Part shown: in pieces, positions 9,069 through 19,311 of the stretch
Layout: each line of letters opens with the position of its first letter
Position numbering within the stretch: position 1 is the first letter of the stretch
Source of the DNA: an uncultured Gammaproteobacteria bacterium
GTDB lineage: Bacteria; Patescibacteriota; Patescibacteriia; UBA9934
DNA length: 64,000 nucleotides
Assembly: GCA_964401485.1 (NCBI GenBank)
Contig: CAYNYL010000002.1
Span: 36,452-100,451 of the forward strand
Reading direction: 5' to 3'
The notes under the pieces: model-generated
Seen by the model: the letters and a program-made list of their open reading frames with translations, nothing else
Databases searched by the model: none
What the model was told of the DNA's origin: nothing
Made by a program: the position numbers and the translations under genes

Positions 9069-10435
9069 AGATCCGAGGAGATCGTTGTTCCCGTGACGTG
9101 GATATCGAGGACCGTTTGCGGAACCGTAAGAATGTCGACTTCTTCAAATCCGAGCGAAGTAAACACGGAGGTGCTTTCAAACGGTCGTTTAAGTCCTTCC
9201 GAGATCATGTAAATAACCTCGTCCGGCCCCTTGATGAGCGCTCCGTCTGGAAGGGTGACGGCTGATCCTTCTTTGTACTGCTCAACCTCGACTGGTGTTG
9301 CTTTAACGAGCGGGGCGTTTTTGAAGCGCGCGAGGAGGATGCTTTTATCGATAATTGGGTGTCGGCTACCGTTTTCGATAAAGAAAACCGCGCCCGTCGT
9401 TGAGAGTTGAAGGAGTTTTCCTTGAGGGTCCTTTGTTTTAAGGGTGATCGTTTCTCCGATCTCGTAATCGGCGAGTTCCGATTCCGAGACGTCGATGAGC
9501 TCATCTTCAACGAATCCGATTGAACGGTAAACCGCTTCGGATTCAAACGGACGGAGGGTGTCGTTTACGAGAAGATAGCGCGTTCCGGAGGCTGTTTTAA
9601 GGAGCGCGTAGTTTGCGAAAGCGATCGGGCGTCCGGTTTCATAATTATCAAGAACGGTATCTGGTACCTCGACGATCAAGTTCGGGTTGAAGCGTGAAAT
9701 AAAGGCGCTCCATGAGGTGATGTGGCGCTTCATGCCGTACTGGATTAGATACACATCCGGACTCGAAGCACCTTTGAGCAGTGTTCCGGTAATATGGTTC
9801 ACTCCAAACCAGTCCTCCCAAATCATCGCAAAGTTACGGTTTCCTTCGATGTGGGGGGTGTACGCGTAAAGCGCGGCCGTTGCAGCGTTTTGTGGGACAA
9901 CGATTTCGTTGTTGATTTTTACTTCCACTCCAGGACCATATTTTCCCTGCGTCGTTCCTTTTGCTTCGATATCCTCGAGATAGCCATCGACAAATTGAAG
10001 GGCTGCACTATTTACTTGTTTTCCAAATCCCTTCCAGCGTTGAATCGCAGGATCATCCTTACTGCAGTTGTCGCAGACTGCGTATCCGGTTGCCCAGTCG
10101 AGCTGGCGATCGGTCGGGGAGTCGTCCATCACGAGACTCTGCTCTTTTTGAAGAAGCACGAGAAGGAACTTTGGATTGATTCCGACGTTCAGACTTGTAA
10201 GCCAAATAATCTCGGCGGCGGTCCGCTTTGCTCCGGTGTGGTCTTCGAGAATCTTTGATCCGAGCGCACCACGGTTTAGAATCGATTGAATCTGTCCAAG
10301 ATTTAACGCATCAGCGTCAACGAGTTCCGAATCGGAAATAATGTAGTTCGGATTGAAGGTAAAGGCATGGACGTCGCGGGCAAAAGTGAAAAACAATACC
10401 CCTAAAAACACGGGAAAAATAACACTTTTTCTCAT
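9065..10435 (-). CDS. Secreted protein with conserved N-terminal domain and repeated C-terminal modules
   Basis: Signal peptide (VHA|F); FNPNYIISD, LLQKEQSL, ALYAYTPH; about four repeats of G-x-L(I/L)K...VY-x-I-x-x-G-x-KR. Confidence 0.7.
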   Translation of the reverse strand: MRKSVIFPVFLGVLFFTFARDVHAFTFNPNYIISDSELVDADALNLGQIQSILNRGALGSKILEDHTGAKRTAAEIIWLTSLNVGINPKFLLVLLQKEQSLVMDDSPTDRQLDWATGYAVCDNCSKDDPAIQRWKGFGKQVNSAALQFVDGYLEDIEAKGTTQGKYGPGVEVKINNEIVVPQNAATAALYAYTPHIEGNRNFAMIWEDWFGVNHITGTLLKGASSPDVYLIQYGMKRHITSWSAFISRFNPNLIVEVPDTVLDNYETGRPIAFANYALLKTASGTRYLLVNDTLRPFESEAVYRSIGFVEDELIDVSESELADYEIGETITLKTKDPQGKLLQLSTTGAVFFIENGSRHPIIDKSILLARFKNAPLVKATPVEVEQYKEGSAVTLPDGALIKGPDEVIYMISEGLKRPFESTSVFTSLGFEEVDILTVPQTVLDIHVTGTTISSDL

Positions 10436-10454
10436 AGATCTTTATTATATCACA

Positions 10455-10483
10455 TTGACAAAATGGCGTTTTTGTGGTATATC
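10455..10483 (+). promoter_or_regulatory. Sigma70 promoter of orphan lipoprotein gene
   Basis: TTGACA-17 bp-TATATC with extended TG. Confidence 0.65.
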
Positions 10484-10542
10484 TAAGTGTCGTTCTTTTG
10501 CGTGCGTTCACCCTTTTTCGCCCGTCGGGCACTGGAGATGCG

Positions 10543-10962
10543 ATGATTCGCATGATTGTTTCGAGTCTTTCAGTCGCCGTCCTCGTCGCTTGCGATTACA
10601 GCCAAGTTGGCGACGGACGTGCCGTCGTTGACTGTGGTGGAGACGAGGGGGCTGGCGACGCACGTCGCGACTGGTTCGGGCAGCCGACCATGGTCACGGG
10701 TCACCTTCAGCCCTCGAACTTCGTCGACCGCGAGGTCGTCGTGCACCTCCTCGAGGATCAGGGTGGGGCGGCCACCCTCGTCCTCTATGCTGACTCGGAC
10801 TTCTCTCTCGACTGCTGGGGGTATCTCGATATCCTCGGCGACCGGCAGAATTTGTTCGGCCGGAACGGCGAGTACGTCGACGTCGTCGGCGCTTACTACG
10901 AGGGAGAGTTCGACGGACTGCGCGCGAGCGTGTCCGGCGACGAACTCCACCTCAGCAAGTGA
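10543..10962 (+). CDS. Orphan putative lipoprotein
   Basis: GGAG upstream of ATG; MIRMIVSSLSVAVLVA-C lipobox; C-ending codon bias; followed by a hairpin. Confidence 0.7.
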   Translation: MIRMIVSSLSVAVLVACDYSQVGDGRAVVDCGGDEGAGDARRDWFGQPTMVTGHLQPSNFVDREVVVHLLEDQGGAATLVLYADSDFSLDCWGYLDILGDRQNLFGRNGEYVDVVGAYYEGEFDGLRASVSGDELHLSK

Positions 10963-10984
10963 CGACTTCGAAAGTCGTCATCGT

Positions 10985-11013
10985 AAGACCTGCACCAACT
11001 GGTGCGGGTCTTT
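10985..11013 (+). terminator. Intrinsic terminator-like hairpin
   Basis: AAGACCTGCACC-aact-GGTGCGGGTCTT followed by a T-rich tract. Confidence 0.7.
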
Positions 11014-11054
11014 CTGCTTTTAGGAAAACAGACATTCGGCTATACTTGATTCAT

Positions 11055-11273
11055 ATGAAAATGACTCACTATGCGATGCTAATCCTCCTCGGAGTTGCTC
11101 TCGGGATCGGGGCATATGCACTTTTTTCAGTGATTGCTCCGGAACCGAAAGAGCCTTCTCAAGATGATCTCATTGGTGGTAAGTCAAAAGAAGAGATTGC
11201 GGAGGAATTTCTTCGTGACCTTGAGGCTGGAGTTTACGATGATTATAAGCCTGCCGAAGCAACTATCGAATAA
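11055..11273 (+). CDS. Small single-TM hypothetical protein
   Basis: MKMTHYAMLILLGVALGIGAYALF, acidic tail; TATACT 8 nt upstream of ATG. Confidence 0.65.
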   Translation: MKMTHYAMLILLGVALGIGAYALFSVIAPEPKEPSQDDLIGGKSKEEIAEEFLRDLEAGVYDDYKPAEATIE

Positions 11274-11274
11274 T

Positions 11275-12366
11275 ATGGATACACACCAACGCAATTTATC
11301 TCTTATCTTATCAGTTCTTTTTCTCCTCTTGATTGGGCTCGTGATTACGATTGTTGTATTGCTATTTCGGGTTGATGAACAGCAATTAAGAGATGTTCAA
11401 ACGGGCACGACTTCCGAAGAGCGACAGGAAGAACGGGCCGAGCGACGCGAAGAGCGTCGTGAAGAACGTCAGGAGGAGCGTGAATCAAATTCTGGGGGAT
11501 TCCTTGGTGACCTGTTTGGATTCGGTTCGTCAAATGACGACGCGACGTTTGATACTGGAACGACTACGGACAATGGGACAACGACTGGTACAACGAACGG
11601 CGGAACGAGTTCTAGCGGTGGGTCTTCGGGTGGAACAACTTCGGGTGGGAATGCGACGTCTGGTAGCGGAGCAACCAGCGGTGGTTCAACGGGTACTACG
11701 CCAGACTCGGAAACGTGCCGAAACCCGAATCGCGATGGTTCCTGCGGGGATGCGGATCTTGATGGCGACGGCGTGCCAGATACGACGGATGGTACAACTC
11801 CCGACTCGGAAACGTGCCGAAACCCGAATCGCGATGGTTCCTGCGGGGATGCGGATCTTGATGGCGACGGCGTGCCAGATACGACGGACGGGACGACCGA
11901 TGCTTCGGATGGAAACGGTAATATCCGCTGGATCACGGCGGATAATTGGATCGGATTTCTTGCGGACGAAGAAGCGAGCGTCTACAGCGACATTGGCGGA
12001 AACCAAATTAAGGACCCGGCCACTTCGTTCCCGATTGTAACGATCGCTTACCAGCTCACGCGTCCTTCAGAGCTTGAAACCGATGAGGAAGCCTACGAGC
12101 GTAACAAGCTCGCAATCCTCAATAGTTATGTAACGTATCAGGCTAGTCGACGAGAATTGATCGATGGTATGCCGGCCGAAACGTACATGGTTGCGACGCG
12201 AACCGGAGCGGAGTTCGTCTACTTTATGAAGGTAAGTCGTTACATCGTTCATATCCACTTGCGCCCTGTTGGCGGATCGGTTGACGGCGTTGAGGTGATT
12301 CAAAGTATCGATTTCTATCCGGACGAAACGTATATCGAAAGTGCCCGCCAGGTCGGCGCACGATAA
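11275..12366 (+). CDS. Membrane-anchored surface protein with low-complexity stalk and duplicated Ca-binding-like repeat
   Basis: N-terminal TM, E/R-rich coil, G/T/S linker, two copies of PDSETCRNPNRDGSCGDADLDGDGVPDTTDGT. Confidence 0.8.
   Translation: MDTHQRNLSLILSVLFLLLIGLVITIVVLLFRVDEQQLRDVQTGTTSEERQEERAERREERREERQEERESNSGGFLGDLFGFGSSNDDATFDTGTTTDNGTTTGTTNGGTSSSGGSSGGTTSGGNATSGSGATSGGSTGTTPDSETCRNPNRDGSCGDADLDGDGVPDTTDGTTPDSETCRNPNRDGSCGDADLDGDGVPDTTDGTTDASDGNGNIRWITADNWIGFLADEEASVYSDIGGNQIKDPATSFPIVTIAYQLTRPSELETDEEAYERNKLAILNSYVTYQASRRELIDGMPAETYMVATRTGAEFVYFMKVSRYIVHIHLRPVGGSVDGVEVIQSIDFYPDETYIESARQVGAR
11704..11888 (+). repeat. Intragenic tandem duplication, 99-bp period
   Basis: 11704-11789 is identical to 11803-11888. 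Confidence 0.95.
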
Positions 12367-12367
12367 T

Positions 12368-12394
12368 AAAAGACCGCCCGATTGGGCGGCTTTT
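12368..12394. terminator. Bidirectional terminator
   Basis: AAAAGA-CCGCCC-gatt-GGGCGG-CTTTT between convergent genes. Confidence 0.75.
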
Positions 12395-15041
12395 ATTTCG
12401 TCTTAACCGTGATCTTATCTTTTACGAAGTCGATCGTAACGAGTTGGTCGTTGTCGATTTCGTTCTTCACGATTCGGAGGGCAACCGGGTTCAGGATTTC
12501 CGTTTGGATTAAGCGCTTGAGGGGGCGCGCTCCAAATTGTGGATCGAATCCTTTTTTCGCGAGGTGTTTTTTCGCACGTTCTGTTACGGTAAGTGTGATA
12601 CCACGTTGCGTTTTTATTCGCTCCGTAACTTGTGCGAGTTGAAGCTCGACGATTGTCCCGATTTGTTCCTCTTGGAGTGCGTGGAAGAAGATGATGTCGT
12701 CAATTCGGTTAAGGAACTCTGGTCGGAAATGATCTTTAAGTTGTTCGAGAACGCGGGACTTGATTTTCGATTCCTCCGTTGACTCTGACCGATCAAAGCC
12801 GATTTCACCCTGCTTCTTCGCGTTGAGGATCGTGTCGGAACCAAGGTTTGACGTCATGATAATAATCGTATTCTTGAAGTTGACCTTTCGACCCTTGGAG
12901 TCGGTAACATGGCCGTCGTCAAGAATTTGAAGAAGCACGTTGAAGATGTCCGGGTGGGCCTTTTCAATCTCGTCAAAGAGCACAACTGAGTATGGATTGC
13001 GACGAATTTTTTCCGTGAGCTGTCCCGATTCCTCATACCCGACATACCCAGGAGGGGAGCCAATCATTTTGCTCACCGTATGTTTTTCCATGTATTCGGA
13101 CATGTCGACACGGATCAGTGCATTCTCATCGTCAAACATGAATTCTGCGAGCGCTTTTGCAAGCTCGGTTTTTCCGACACCGGTTGGGCCGAGGAAAACA
13201 AATGATCCGATTGGGCGCTTTTCTTCGGCGATTCCAGCACGGGATCGGCGAAGGGCATTACTTACGGCACTAATCGCTTCTTCTTGTCCGACGACGCGCT
13301 GTCGTAGGTTTGTTTCCATGTCTGCAAGTTTTTCCATCTCGCTCTTTAGCATCTTGCTTACCGGGATGTGTGTCCACCTTGCAACGATCGTTGCGACCTC
13401 TTCCTCGGAGATGCCTTCCTTGAGAAGACCGCGTTGCATTTGGAACTTTTTCAATGCTTCTTGCGCGCTTGAGAGGGCGTCGCGTTTTTTTGGAATTGTC
13501 GCGTATCGCAGTTCTGCGACTTTCTCGAGGTTTCCTCGGCGCTCTTCAATTTCCGATTCGCTTGTAAGTCGATCGATCTCGGTTTTTAGCGTCGAGATAT
13601 TTTGAATCAACTCTTTTTCATTTTTCCATCGAAGCTCAAAATCGGCGCTCTGTTCTTTGAGATCAGCGATTGCCTTTTCGATTTCGGTGATACGGTTTTT
13701 CGACTTCTCATCCTCTTCCTTGAGGAGTGATTGCTTTTCGATTTCAAGACGCATTTCTTCGCGCTTCAATCGATCGAGCTCCTCTGGCATCGAGTCGATC
13801 TGCATGCGAAGGGCGGCCGCCGCTTCGTCCATCAAATCGATCGCTTTATCTGGAAGTCGGCGATCAGTAATATATCGACTTGAAAGCTCAACCGCGGCGA
13901 TGATTGCCGAGTCACTAATCCGCACTCCGTGGTGGATCTCATATTTTTCCTTAATTCCACGAAGGATGGCGATCGCGTCCGACGGGGAAGGCTCTTCGAC
14001 AAGCACTGGTTGGAATCGACGTTCAAAGGCGGCGTCTTTTTCAATGTAACGTTGGTATTCTTTGATCGTTGTCGCTCCAATCATGCGTAACTCTCCACGC
14101 GCAAGCGCTGGCTTTAGAAGATTTGAGGCATCCATTGGCGACTCGTCGCCCTTTCCTGCTCCAACAAGGGTATGAAGTTCGTCCACGAAAAGGATAATCG
14201 TACCGTTTGACGATTCCACTTCACGAATAACCGCCTTTAGTCGCTCCTCGAACTCTCCGCGGAATTTCGTTCCAGCGATAAGTGACCCGAGATCAAGCGA
14301 TACAATTTCGCGATCTCGGAGGAGGTCCGGAACATCGCCTGTTGCGATTCGCATCGCGAGTCCTTCGGCGACTGCGGTTTTTCCGACTCCTGCTTCACCG
14401 ATAAGAACCGGATTGTTCTTTGTTCGTCGAACGAGCACTTGCATAACACGACGGATCTCCTCATCTCGTCCGATAATCGGATCGAGCTTTCCCTTACGGG
14501 CTCGGTCGGTAAGGTTCACGCTGTACTTCTCGAGTGCCTGGAACTTTGCTTCGGGAGTTGCGGTGTCTACCTTTTGATTTCCACGCACTTCCTTAAGGAC
14601 GGAAAGAATCGCTTCCTCCGTGACTTTGTAGGTGAGAAGAAGGCGCTCAATTTTTTTGTTTGTCATCATTCCAAGGAGAAGGTGCTCCGTTGAGATGTAT
14701 TCATCGCCGAATAATTTCGCTTGATCGGAGGCGGACTTCATTGCGCGCGCTAAATCAGGTGTGAGAAGAACTTGGCCAACGCTCCCGCTTTCGATGTGCG
14801 TTACGCGTGGAAGGGAGTCGAGAATGGTCTCAACGTCTTCGCGAAGCATGACAAGATTAACCGAAAGTTTCTGGAGAATGCTTGGTACAATGCCGCCTTC
14901 TTGAGCCATGAGCGCCGCGAGAAGGTGGATCGGTTCAATTCCTTGCTGGCCGTTTTCGTTCGCAAGAATCTGGGCGAACTGGATGGCTTCTTGGGACTTA
15001 GTGGTGAAGTTGTTTGGAATCATATTAGCAGTCATAATCAT
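12393..15041 (-). CDS. clpB: ATP-dependent chaperone ClpB
   Basis: Clp-N repeats, two AAA+ domains ([16 protein letters not shown]), long middle coiled coil, PPGYVGY. Confidence 0.96.
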   Translation of the reverse strand: MIMTANMIPNNFTTKSQEAIQFAQILANENGQQGIEPIHLLAALMAQEGGIVPSILQKLSVNLVMLREDVETILDSLPRVTHIESGSVGQVLLTPDLARAMKSASDQAKLFGDEYISTEHLLLGMMTNKKIERLLLTYKVTEEAILSVLKEVRGNQKVDTATPEAKFQALEKYSVNLTDRARKGKLDPIIGRDEEIRRVMQVLVRRTKNNPVLIGEAGVGKTAVAEGLAMRIATGDVPDLLRDREIVSLDLGSLIAGTKFRGEFEERLKAVIREVESSNGTIILFVDELHTLVGAGKGDESPMDASNLLKPALARGELRMIGATTIKEYQRYIEKDAAFERRFQPVLVEEPSPSDAIAILRGIKEKYEIHHGVRISDSAIIAAVELSSRYITDRRLPDKAIDLMDEAAAALRMQIDSMPEELDRLKREEMRLEIEKQSLLKEEDEKSKNRITEIEKAIADLKEQSADFELRWKNEKELIQNISTLKTEIDRLTSESEIEERRGNLEKVAELRYATIPKKRDALSSAQEALKKFQMQRGLLKEGISEEEVATIVARWTHIPVSKMLKSEMEKLADMETNLRQRVVGQEEAISAVSNALRRSRAGIAEEKRPIGSFVFLGPTGVGKTELAKALAEFMFDDENALIRVDMSEYMEKHTVSKMIGSPPGYVGYEESGQLTEKIRRNPYSVVLFDEIEKAHPDIFNVLLQILDDGHVTDSKGRKVNFKNTIIIMTSNLGSDTILNAKKQGEIGFDRSESTEESKIKSRVLEQLKDHFRPEFLNRIDDIIFFHALQEEQIGTIVELQLAQVTERIKTQRGITLTVTERAKKHLAKKGFDPQFGARPLKRLIQTEILNPVALRIVKNEIDNDQLVTIDFVKDKITVKTK

Positions 15042-15106
15042 AGAGTGCTAATTTGGATTCGTCAAGTCAATTCGCCTGGTTATGCACATGTGGTATTATG
15101 GCTGAT

Positions 15107-15556
15107 ATGACTTGGAAAAATGCGATTTTCGCGACGGTATTTGTGCTCGTTTCGCATATGATTGCGATTGAAATCGGGGTCTACCGGGTGGCACCTTGGT
15201 TTGACGCGGTATCGCACTTTGGGGGTGGTTTTGCGATGGGGCTTGTTGCGCTTGCGCTTTACCGGTCCTGGGTTGACCGCGTCGCTTTGAAGAAGCGGAC
15301 GGATGTCCCTTTTGGCCCTGTATTTTTTAAACTCGTTTGGATTCTCGGTTTTGTTGCGCTTGTTGGGATTGCTTGGGAGTGGTTTGAGTACGTGCTTGAT
15401 AGTCTTTCGGATGGATTTGTTTGGTCAGAGTTTTTCGAGGCGCGTATGTACGGGCATCATCAACCAAGCCTGACTGATACCATGGCGGACTTTTTCTTTG
15501 ATCTATTAGGAGGGCTTGTTGCGCTACTTGCCTTCGATTATGACAAGCGCGTTTAG
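15107..15556 (+). CDS. Membrane protein, DUF2238/VanZ-like
   Basis: FDAVSHFGGG, WEWFEY, DTMADFFFDLLG. Confidence 0.65.
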   Translation: MTWKNAIFATVFVLVSHMIAIEIGVYRVAPWFDAVSHFGGGFAMGLVALALYRSWVDRVALKKRTDVPFGPVFFKLVWILGFVALVGIAWEWFEYVLDSLSDGFVWSEFFEARMYGHHQPSLTDTMADFFFDLLGGLVALLAFDYDKRV

Positions 15557-16274
15557 AGTTCGTATTGATGGGTTGAGCGAGGGTGAAGTTGCGGGGCGTA
15601 TTAAGGAGGCGGTGGTTCAAAAACAAGCGATTACGATTGCGACACTTAATGCGGAGATTCTTCTTTCCGCGAGGAATGATGCGCGATTTAGAGATCTGCT
15701 TAATCGATGCTCGATTACGGTTGTTGACGGATTTGGGCCATGGGCTCTTTTGCGGTTAACGGGGAATTCCGTCGCGCGGGTTACCGGTGTTGATCTTATC
15801 TCGACGATTTGCGCTGTTGCCGAAGAGGTGGGAGCACAGGTGCTGTTTGTCGGCGGACGAGAGGGGAGCGCGCAGTTAAGCGCACAGCGGTTTTCTCGTC
15901 TCTATCCTCGCGCGTCCATTCGTGCGATTCCGGTTCAAAACGTTGAGCGGGTCGAGGAGATCGAAGCGAACATTCAAGCGGAGGGGGAGGGGCCTCGATT
16001 CGTCCTCCTTGCCTTTGGTGCGAAAAAACAAGAAGCGTTTGCCGAAGGGCTCACCTCGACTCGTACTGCGGACCTCGCGATTGGTGTCGGCGGTGCGTTT
16101 GAGATGCTTTCGGGAAAGCTTCCTCGAGCGCCAAAAATCCTTCGGGTTATCGGTCTTGAATGGCTTTGGCGACTTGCGCTTGAACCGAGACGACTTCCAC
16201 GAATCCTTCGAGCCGTTCTCGTCTTTCCAATCTTCTTTATCTATGATAGTTTTTTAGCCAATCACACCCTATGA
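15540..16274 (+). CDS. WecB/TagA/CpsF family glycosyltransferase (GT26)
   Basis: TLNAE, VDG, RVTGVDL, GAKKQE, GVGGAF, RAP, GLEWLWRL, EPRR. Confidence 0.92.
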   Translation: MTSAFRVRIDGLSEGEVAGRIKEAVVQKQAITIATLNAEILLSARNDARFRDLLNRCSITVVDGFGPWALLRLTGNSVARVTGVDLISTICAVAEEVGAQVLFVGGREGSAQLSAQRFSRLYPRASIRAIPVQNVERVEEIEANIQAEGEGPRFVLLAFGAKKQEAFAEGLTSTRTADLAIGVGGAFEMLSGKLPRAPKILRVIGLEWLWRLALEPRRLPRILRAVLVFPIFFIYDSFLANHTL

Positions 16275-17755
16275 CAGTACGAACCCGTATCGCCCCATCC
16301 CCAACAGGATTCATGCACATTGGAAACCTCCGAACCGTGCTTTGGGATATTTTTCTCGCAAAGCAAAACGGTGGTCAATTCATTGTCCGTATTGAAGACA
16401 CGGATCAAGATCGATTTGTTGAAGGCGCGACCGAGGCGGTGCTTCGAGCGCTCACTGCTATGGGCCTTGAGTGGGACGAGGGTCCGATTCTTCTTCCAGA
16501 TGGGACACTTGGCTCAAAGGGTGACTACGGCCCGTATATTCAAACGCAACGTCTTGAGCGCTACACGCGCTACGCAAATCAGCTTCTTGAACAGGGTGAT
16601 GCCTACCACTGTTTTTGTTCTGCTGAGCGATTGACACAAATGCGCGAGTCACAACAGGCGCTTAAGCAAACGCCGAAGTACGATCGTCATTGTCTTTTGC
16701 TGAGCCCTGAAGAGATACAGGCGAAACTTTCGACGCTTGAGCCTGGAGCGGATCATGTTATTCGATTACGCGTGCCCGAGGGCACTTCCTCCTTTGTCGA
16801 CGGAATCCGTGGTCCGATCCAATTTAATAATGCGGATGTTGACGACCAGGTTCTCGTAAAGAGTAATGGTATTCCGACGTACCATCTCGCCGTCGTTGTT
16901 GACGATCACTTAATGAAGATCTCACATGTCCTTCGTGGAGAGGAGTGGCTGTCTTCGACCCCAAAGCAAATCTTGCTTTGCAAAATGCTTGGATTTGAGA
17001 TGCCGACCTATGCGCACGTTCCACTCCTTCTTAATCCAGACAAGACAAAACTTTCGAAGCGTAAGGGAGATGTTTTTGTTGAAACGTTTTTAAGCAAGGG
17101 ATACCTGCCGGTTGCGCTTGCGAACTATCTCGCGACGCTTGGATTTAATCCGACCGGCGACAGAGAAATTTATACGTTTGACGAACTCGTGAAGGCTTTT
17201 GATCTTTCGAAAGTCAATCGTGCAGGAGCGGTCGTTAATACGGAAAAGTTGAACTGGATGAATAATCAGTATATGCGTTCGATGACGCCGGACGAGCTCT
17301 TCGTGCTTCTCGTCCCGTTCCTTCCGTCCGGAATCGCGGATAATCCGGTCATACGTCGAGCGATGGTTGTTGAACGTGAGCGCGCGCAGACGCTTGTTGA
17401 ACTCGCGGGACAGTTTGAGAGCTATCTCGCTACACCGTCTTTTGCTGGGCGTGAAGAAACGATCGTGTTTTCAAAATCAACGAAGGAAAAGACGCTCGAA
17501 GTCCTCGAAAAAGTTCACGGACTATTAAGCGATGTTCCTGAACCGGTGTTTGATTCGGTCCATAACGTAGAACTCTTTATTAAAACGTGGATCGCGAACA
17601 ATGGATATGCGAATGGCGAGGTACTTTGGCCGATGCGGTTTGCTCTCTCTGGCCTTGAGAGAAGCGCTAGTCCGTTTGAGTACCTTTGGGCCCTTGGTCC
17701 TGACGAATCGCTCAAACGACTCGCTCTCGCTCGCGAGGCATTGGCAGGGAAGTAA
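16271..17755 (+). CDS. gltX: Glutamate--tRNA ligase
   Basis: RIAPSPTG, HIGN, RIEDTD, KLSKR. Confidence 0.97.
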   Translation: MTVRTRIAPSPTGFMHIGNLRTVLWDIFLAKQNGGQFIVRIEDTDQDRFVEGATEAVLRALTAMGLEWDEGPILLPDGTLGSKGDYGPYIQTQRLERYTRYANQLLEQGDAYHCFCSAERLTQMRESQQALKQTPKYDRHCLLLSPEEIQAKLSTLEPGADHVIRLRVPEGTSSFVDGIRGPIQFNNADVDDQVLVKSNGIPTYHLAVVVDDHLMKISHVLRGEEWLSSTPKQILLCKMLGFEMPTYAHVPLLLNPDKTKLSKRKGDVFVETFLSKGYLPVALANYLATLGFNPTGDREIYTFDELVKAFDLSKVNRAGAVVNTEKLNWMNNQYMRSMTPDELFVLLVPFLPSGIADNPVIRRAMVVERERAQTLVELAGQFESYLATPSFAGREETIVFSKSTKEKTLEVLEKVHGLLSDVPEPVFDSVHNVELFIKTWIANNGYANGEVLWPMRFALSGLERSASPFEYLWALGPDESLKRLALAREALAGK

Positions 17756-17775
17756 AGAGACACTATAATGAGAGC

Positions 17776-18993
17776 ATGCGCACAAAGCATGTTCTTATTA
17801 GTTTAGGAATCATCTCCCTCCTGGTTGTTGGATCACGGATTGTTTTTGCCGAAAATGAAACGGAGGCCGAGCTTTCACAGCTCCAGCGGGAGCTTGCAAC
17901 GCGAAAGAGCCAGATCGATACGATTACAAAAAAGATGGAAAGTTACCGCAAGCAGATTGCGGAGCTGTCGAACAAGTCTGCGAGTCTTGTCAACGATATT
18001 GCCTACATCGAGAATCAGATCGCTCTTGCCGAGCTTGATCTTGAGCTGACTGAGGCTGAAATTGAGACGCAAGAACTAGAGCTCGCGGTGCTTGAGGAGC
18101 GTGTAAGACAAGAAAGTGTTGAACTTGAGAACCAGCGACTTCTTCTTAAAGATCTTCTATTCAATCTTTACAAATCGAGCGACGTTGGCGCCGTGGAAAT
18201 TCTATTTGGCGCGCGAACGATGAATGAATTGTTTGACGAGGTGGAGCGGATGGAGAATTTGAATGGATCGGTACAGCTCGCGGTCAACCAAAGTAAGACT
18301 CTCAAGGCGGAGCTTGAGAAGAATCAACTTGATCAAGAGCGCGCACTTGAGGCTCTCGTTCTTCTTCGCGCTGACCTTGAGTCACAACGAGCGAATCTTG
18401 AACACCGACTTACGGCAAAAAATATTCTTGTTGAAGAAACGCAACAATCCGAAGCACAGTACCGGGTACTGCTTGGTGAGCTTCGATCCGAACAGCAGGG
18501 GATTACTTCTCAAATTTCATCACTTCAACAAGAGATCGAGGATCGTCTTCGGAATAAAAAAGAAGAAGATCCTTCGAGTTCGACTGGTCATAGTCTTCCA
18601 TCGGGGATGGTCCACCCGCTTCCTGGCGCGGTCTTAACGGCGACGTTTAACGATCCGACGTATCCTTTCCGTCACTTATTTGAGCACTCCGGCATGGATC
18701 TTGCGCGACCGTCTGGTACTCCGATTCTCGCTGCGGGAGATGGGATTGTCGCTTGGACAAGAACGGGGAAGTCCTACGGAAACTACGTGATGATCATTCA
18801 TGATGGAGGATATGCTACGCTTTATGCGCACATGTCGGGCTTTGCGGTTTCTGCGGATGACTACGTGAGGGCAGGGGAGGTGATCGGGTATGTTGGAACT
18901 ACCGGGTTTTCAACGGGGCCGCACTTGCACTTCGAGCTTCGCGCGAACGGGATTCCGGTGAACCCTGCGCAATACATTCCAGCACTACGGTAG
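17776..18993 (+). CDS. Coiled-coil M23 peptidase (EnvC/NlpD-like)
   Basis: Signal peptide, long coiled coil, HSGMD, YAHM, STGPHLHFE. Confidence 0.92.
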   Translation: MRTKHVLISLGIISLLVVGSRIVFAENETEAELSQLQRELATRKSQIDTITKKMESYRKQIAELSNKSASLVNDIAYIENQIALAELDLELTEAEIETQELELAVLEERVRQESVELENQRLLLKDLLFNLYKSSDVGAVEILFGARTMNELFDEVERMENLNGSVQLAVNQSKTLKAELEKNQLDQERALEALVLLRADLESQRANLEHRLTAKNILVEETQQSEAQYRVLLGELRSEQQGITSQISSLQQEIEDRLRNKKEEDPSSSTGHSLPSGMVHPLPGAVLTATFNDPTYPFRHLFEHSGMDLARPSGTPILAAGDGIVAWTRTGKSYGNYVMIIHDGGYATLYAHMSGFAVSADDYVRAGEVIGYVGTTGFSTGPHLHFELRANGIPVNPAQYIPALR

Positions 18994-19178
18994 GATAGTG
19001 CCCCGCATTTTTTGTATTTTACGACACATCATTTTTTCGTGGGTTGGGGGAGGGTTGGATATGAAACGATTGATCCGCGGTTATCGAAAGAAGTGTGTGC
19101 TGACTCGGGAGAGAGTCCGGACGCGAGGCGCATGTCTACGCAGATTCATTTTAAACTTAAACGGATTATCGCGTGCTA

Positions 19179-19200
19179 ATACATTATTAATATAATGTAT
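19179..19200. repeat. AT-rich palindrome next to dif-like site
   Basis: ATACATTAT-taat-ATAATGTAT (9-bp perfect arms). Confidence 0.85.
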
Positions 19201-19214
19201 AGGAGAACTATTTA

Positions 19215-19242
19215 GAGTCGTATAATGTATATTGTGCGACAC
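19215..19242. other. dif-like Xer recombination site (probable replication terminus)
   Basis: GAGTCGTATAA-TGTATA-TTGTGCGACAC: 11-6-11 layout, spacer equal to that of E. coli dif, quasi-palindromic arms, intergenic between convergent genes, GGGNAGGG octamers converge on it. Confidence 0.75.
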
Positions 19243-19311
19243 TTGTCTTCCCTCGTTTTTGAGGCATGGATGGGGGTTTTGGCTCTCCGAAGGGGGTGCT
19301 CCCTTCCCTGG

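Noticed and set aside
11704-11888. Direct repeat as a possible CRISPR array
   Set aside because: Only two long in-frame copies inside a CDS; no spacers or cas genes.
18998-19195. 65-aa ORF in the terminus intergenic region
   Set aside because: GTG start, no motif, atypical composition, and it overlaps the palindrome; likely spurious.
19218-19230. TCGTATAATGTAT matches part of loxP
   Set aside because: The remaining loxP arms are absent; better explained as a native tyrosine-recombinase (dif-like) site than as a vector trace.
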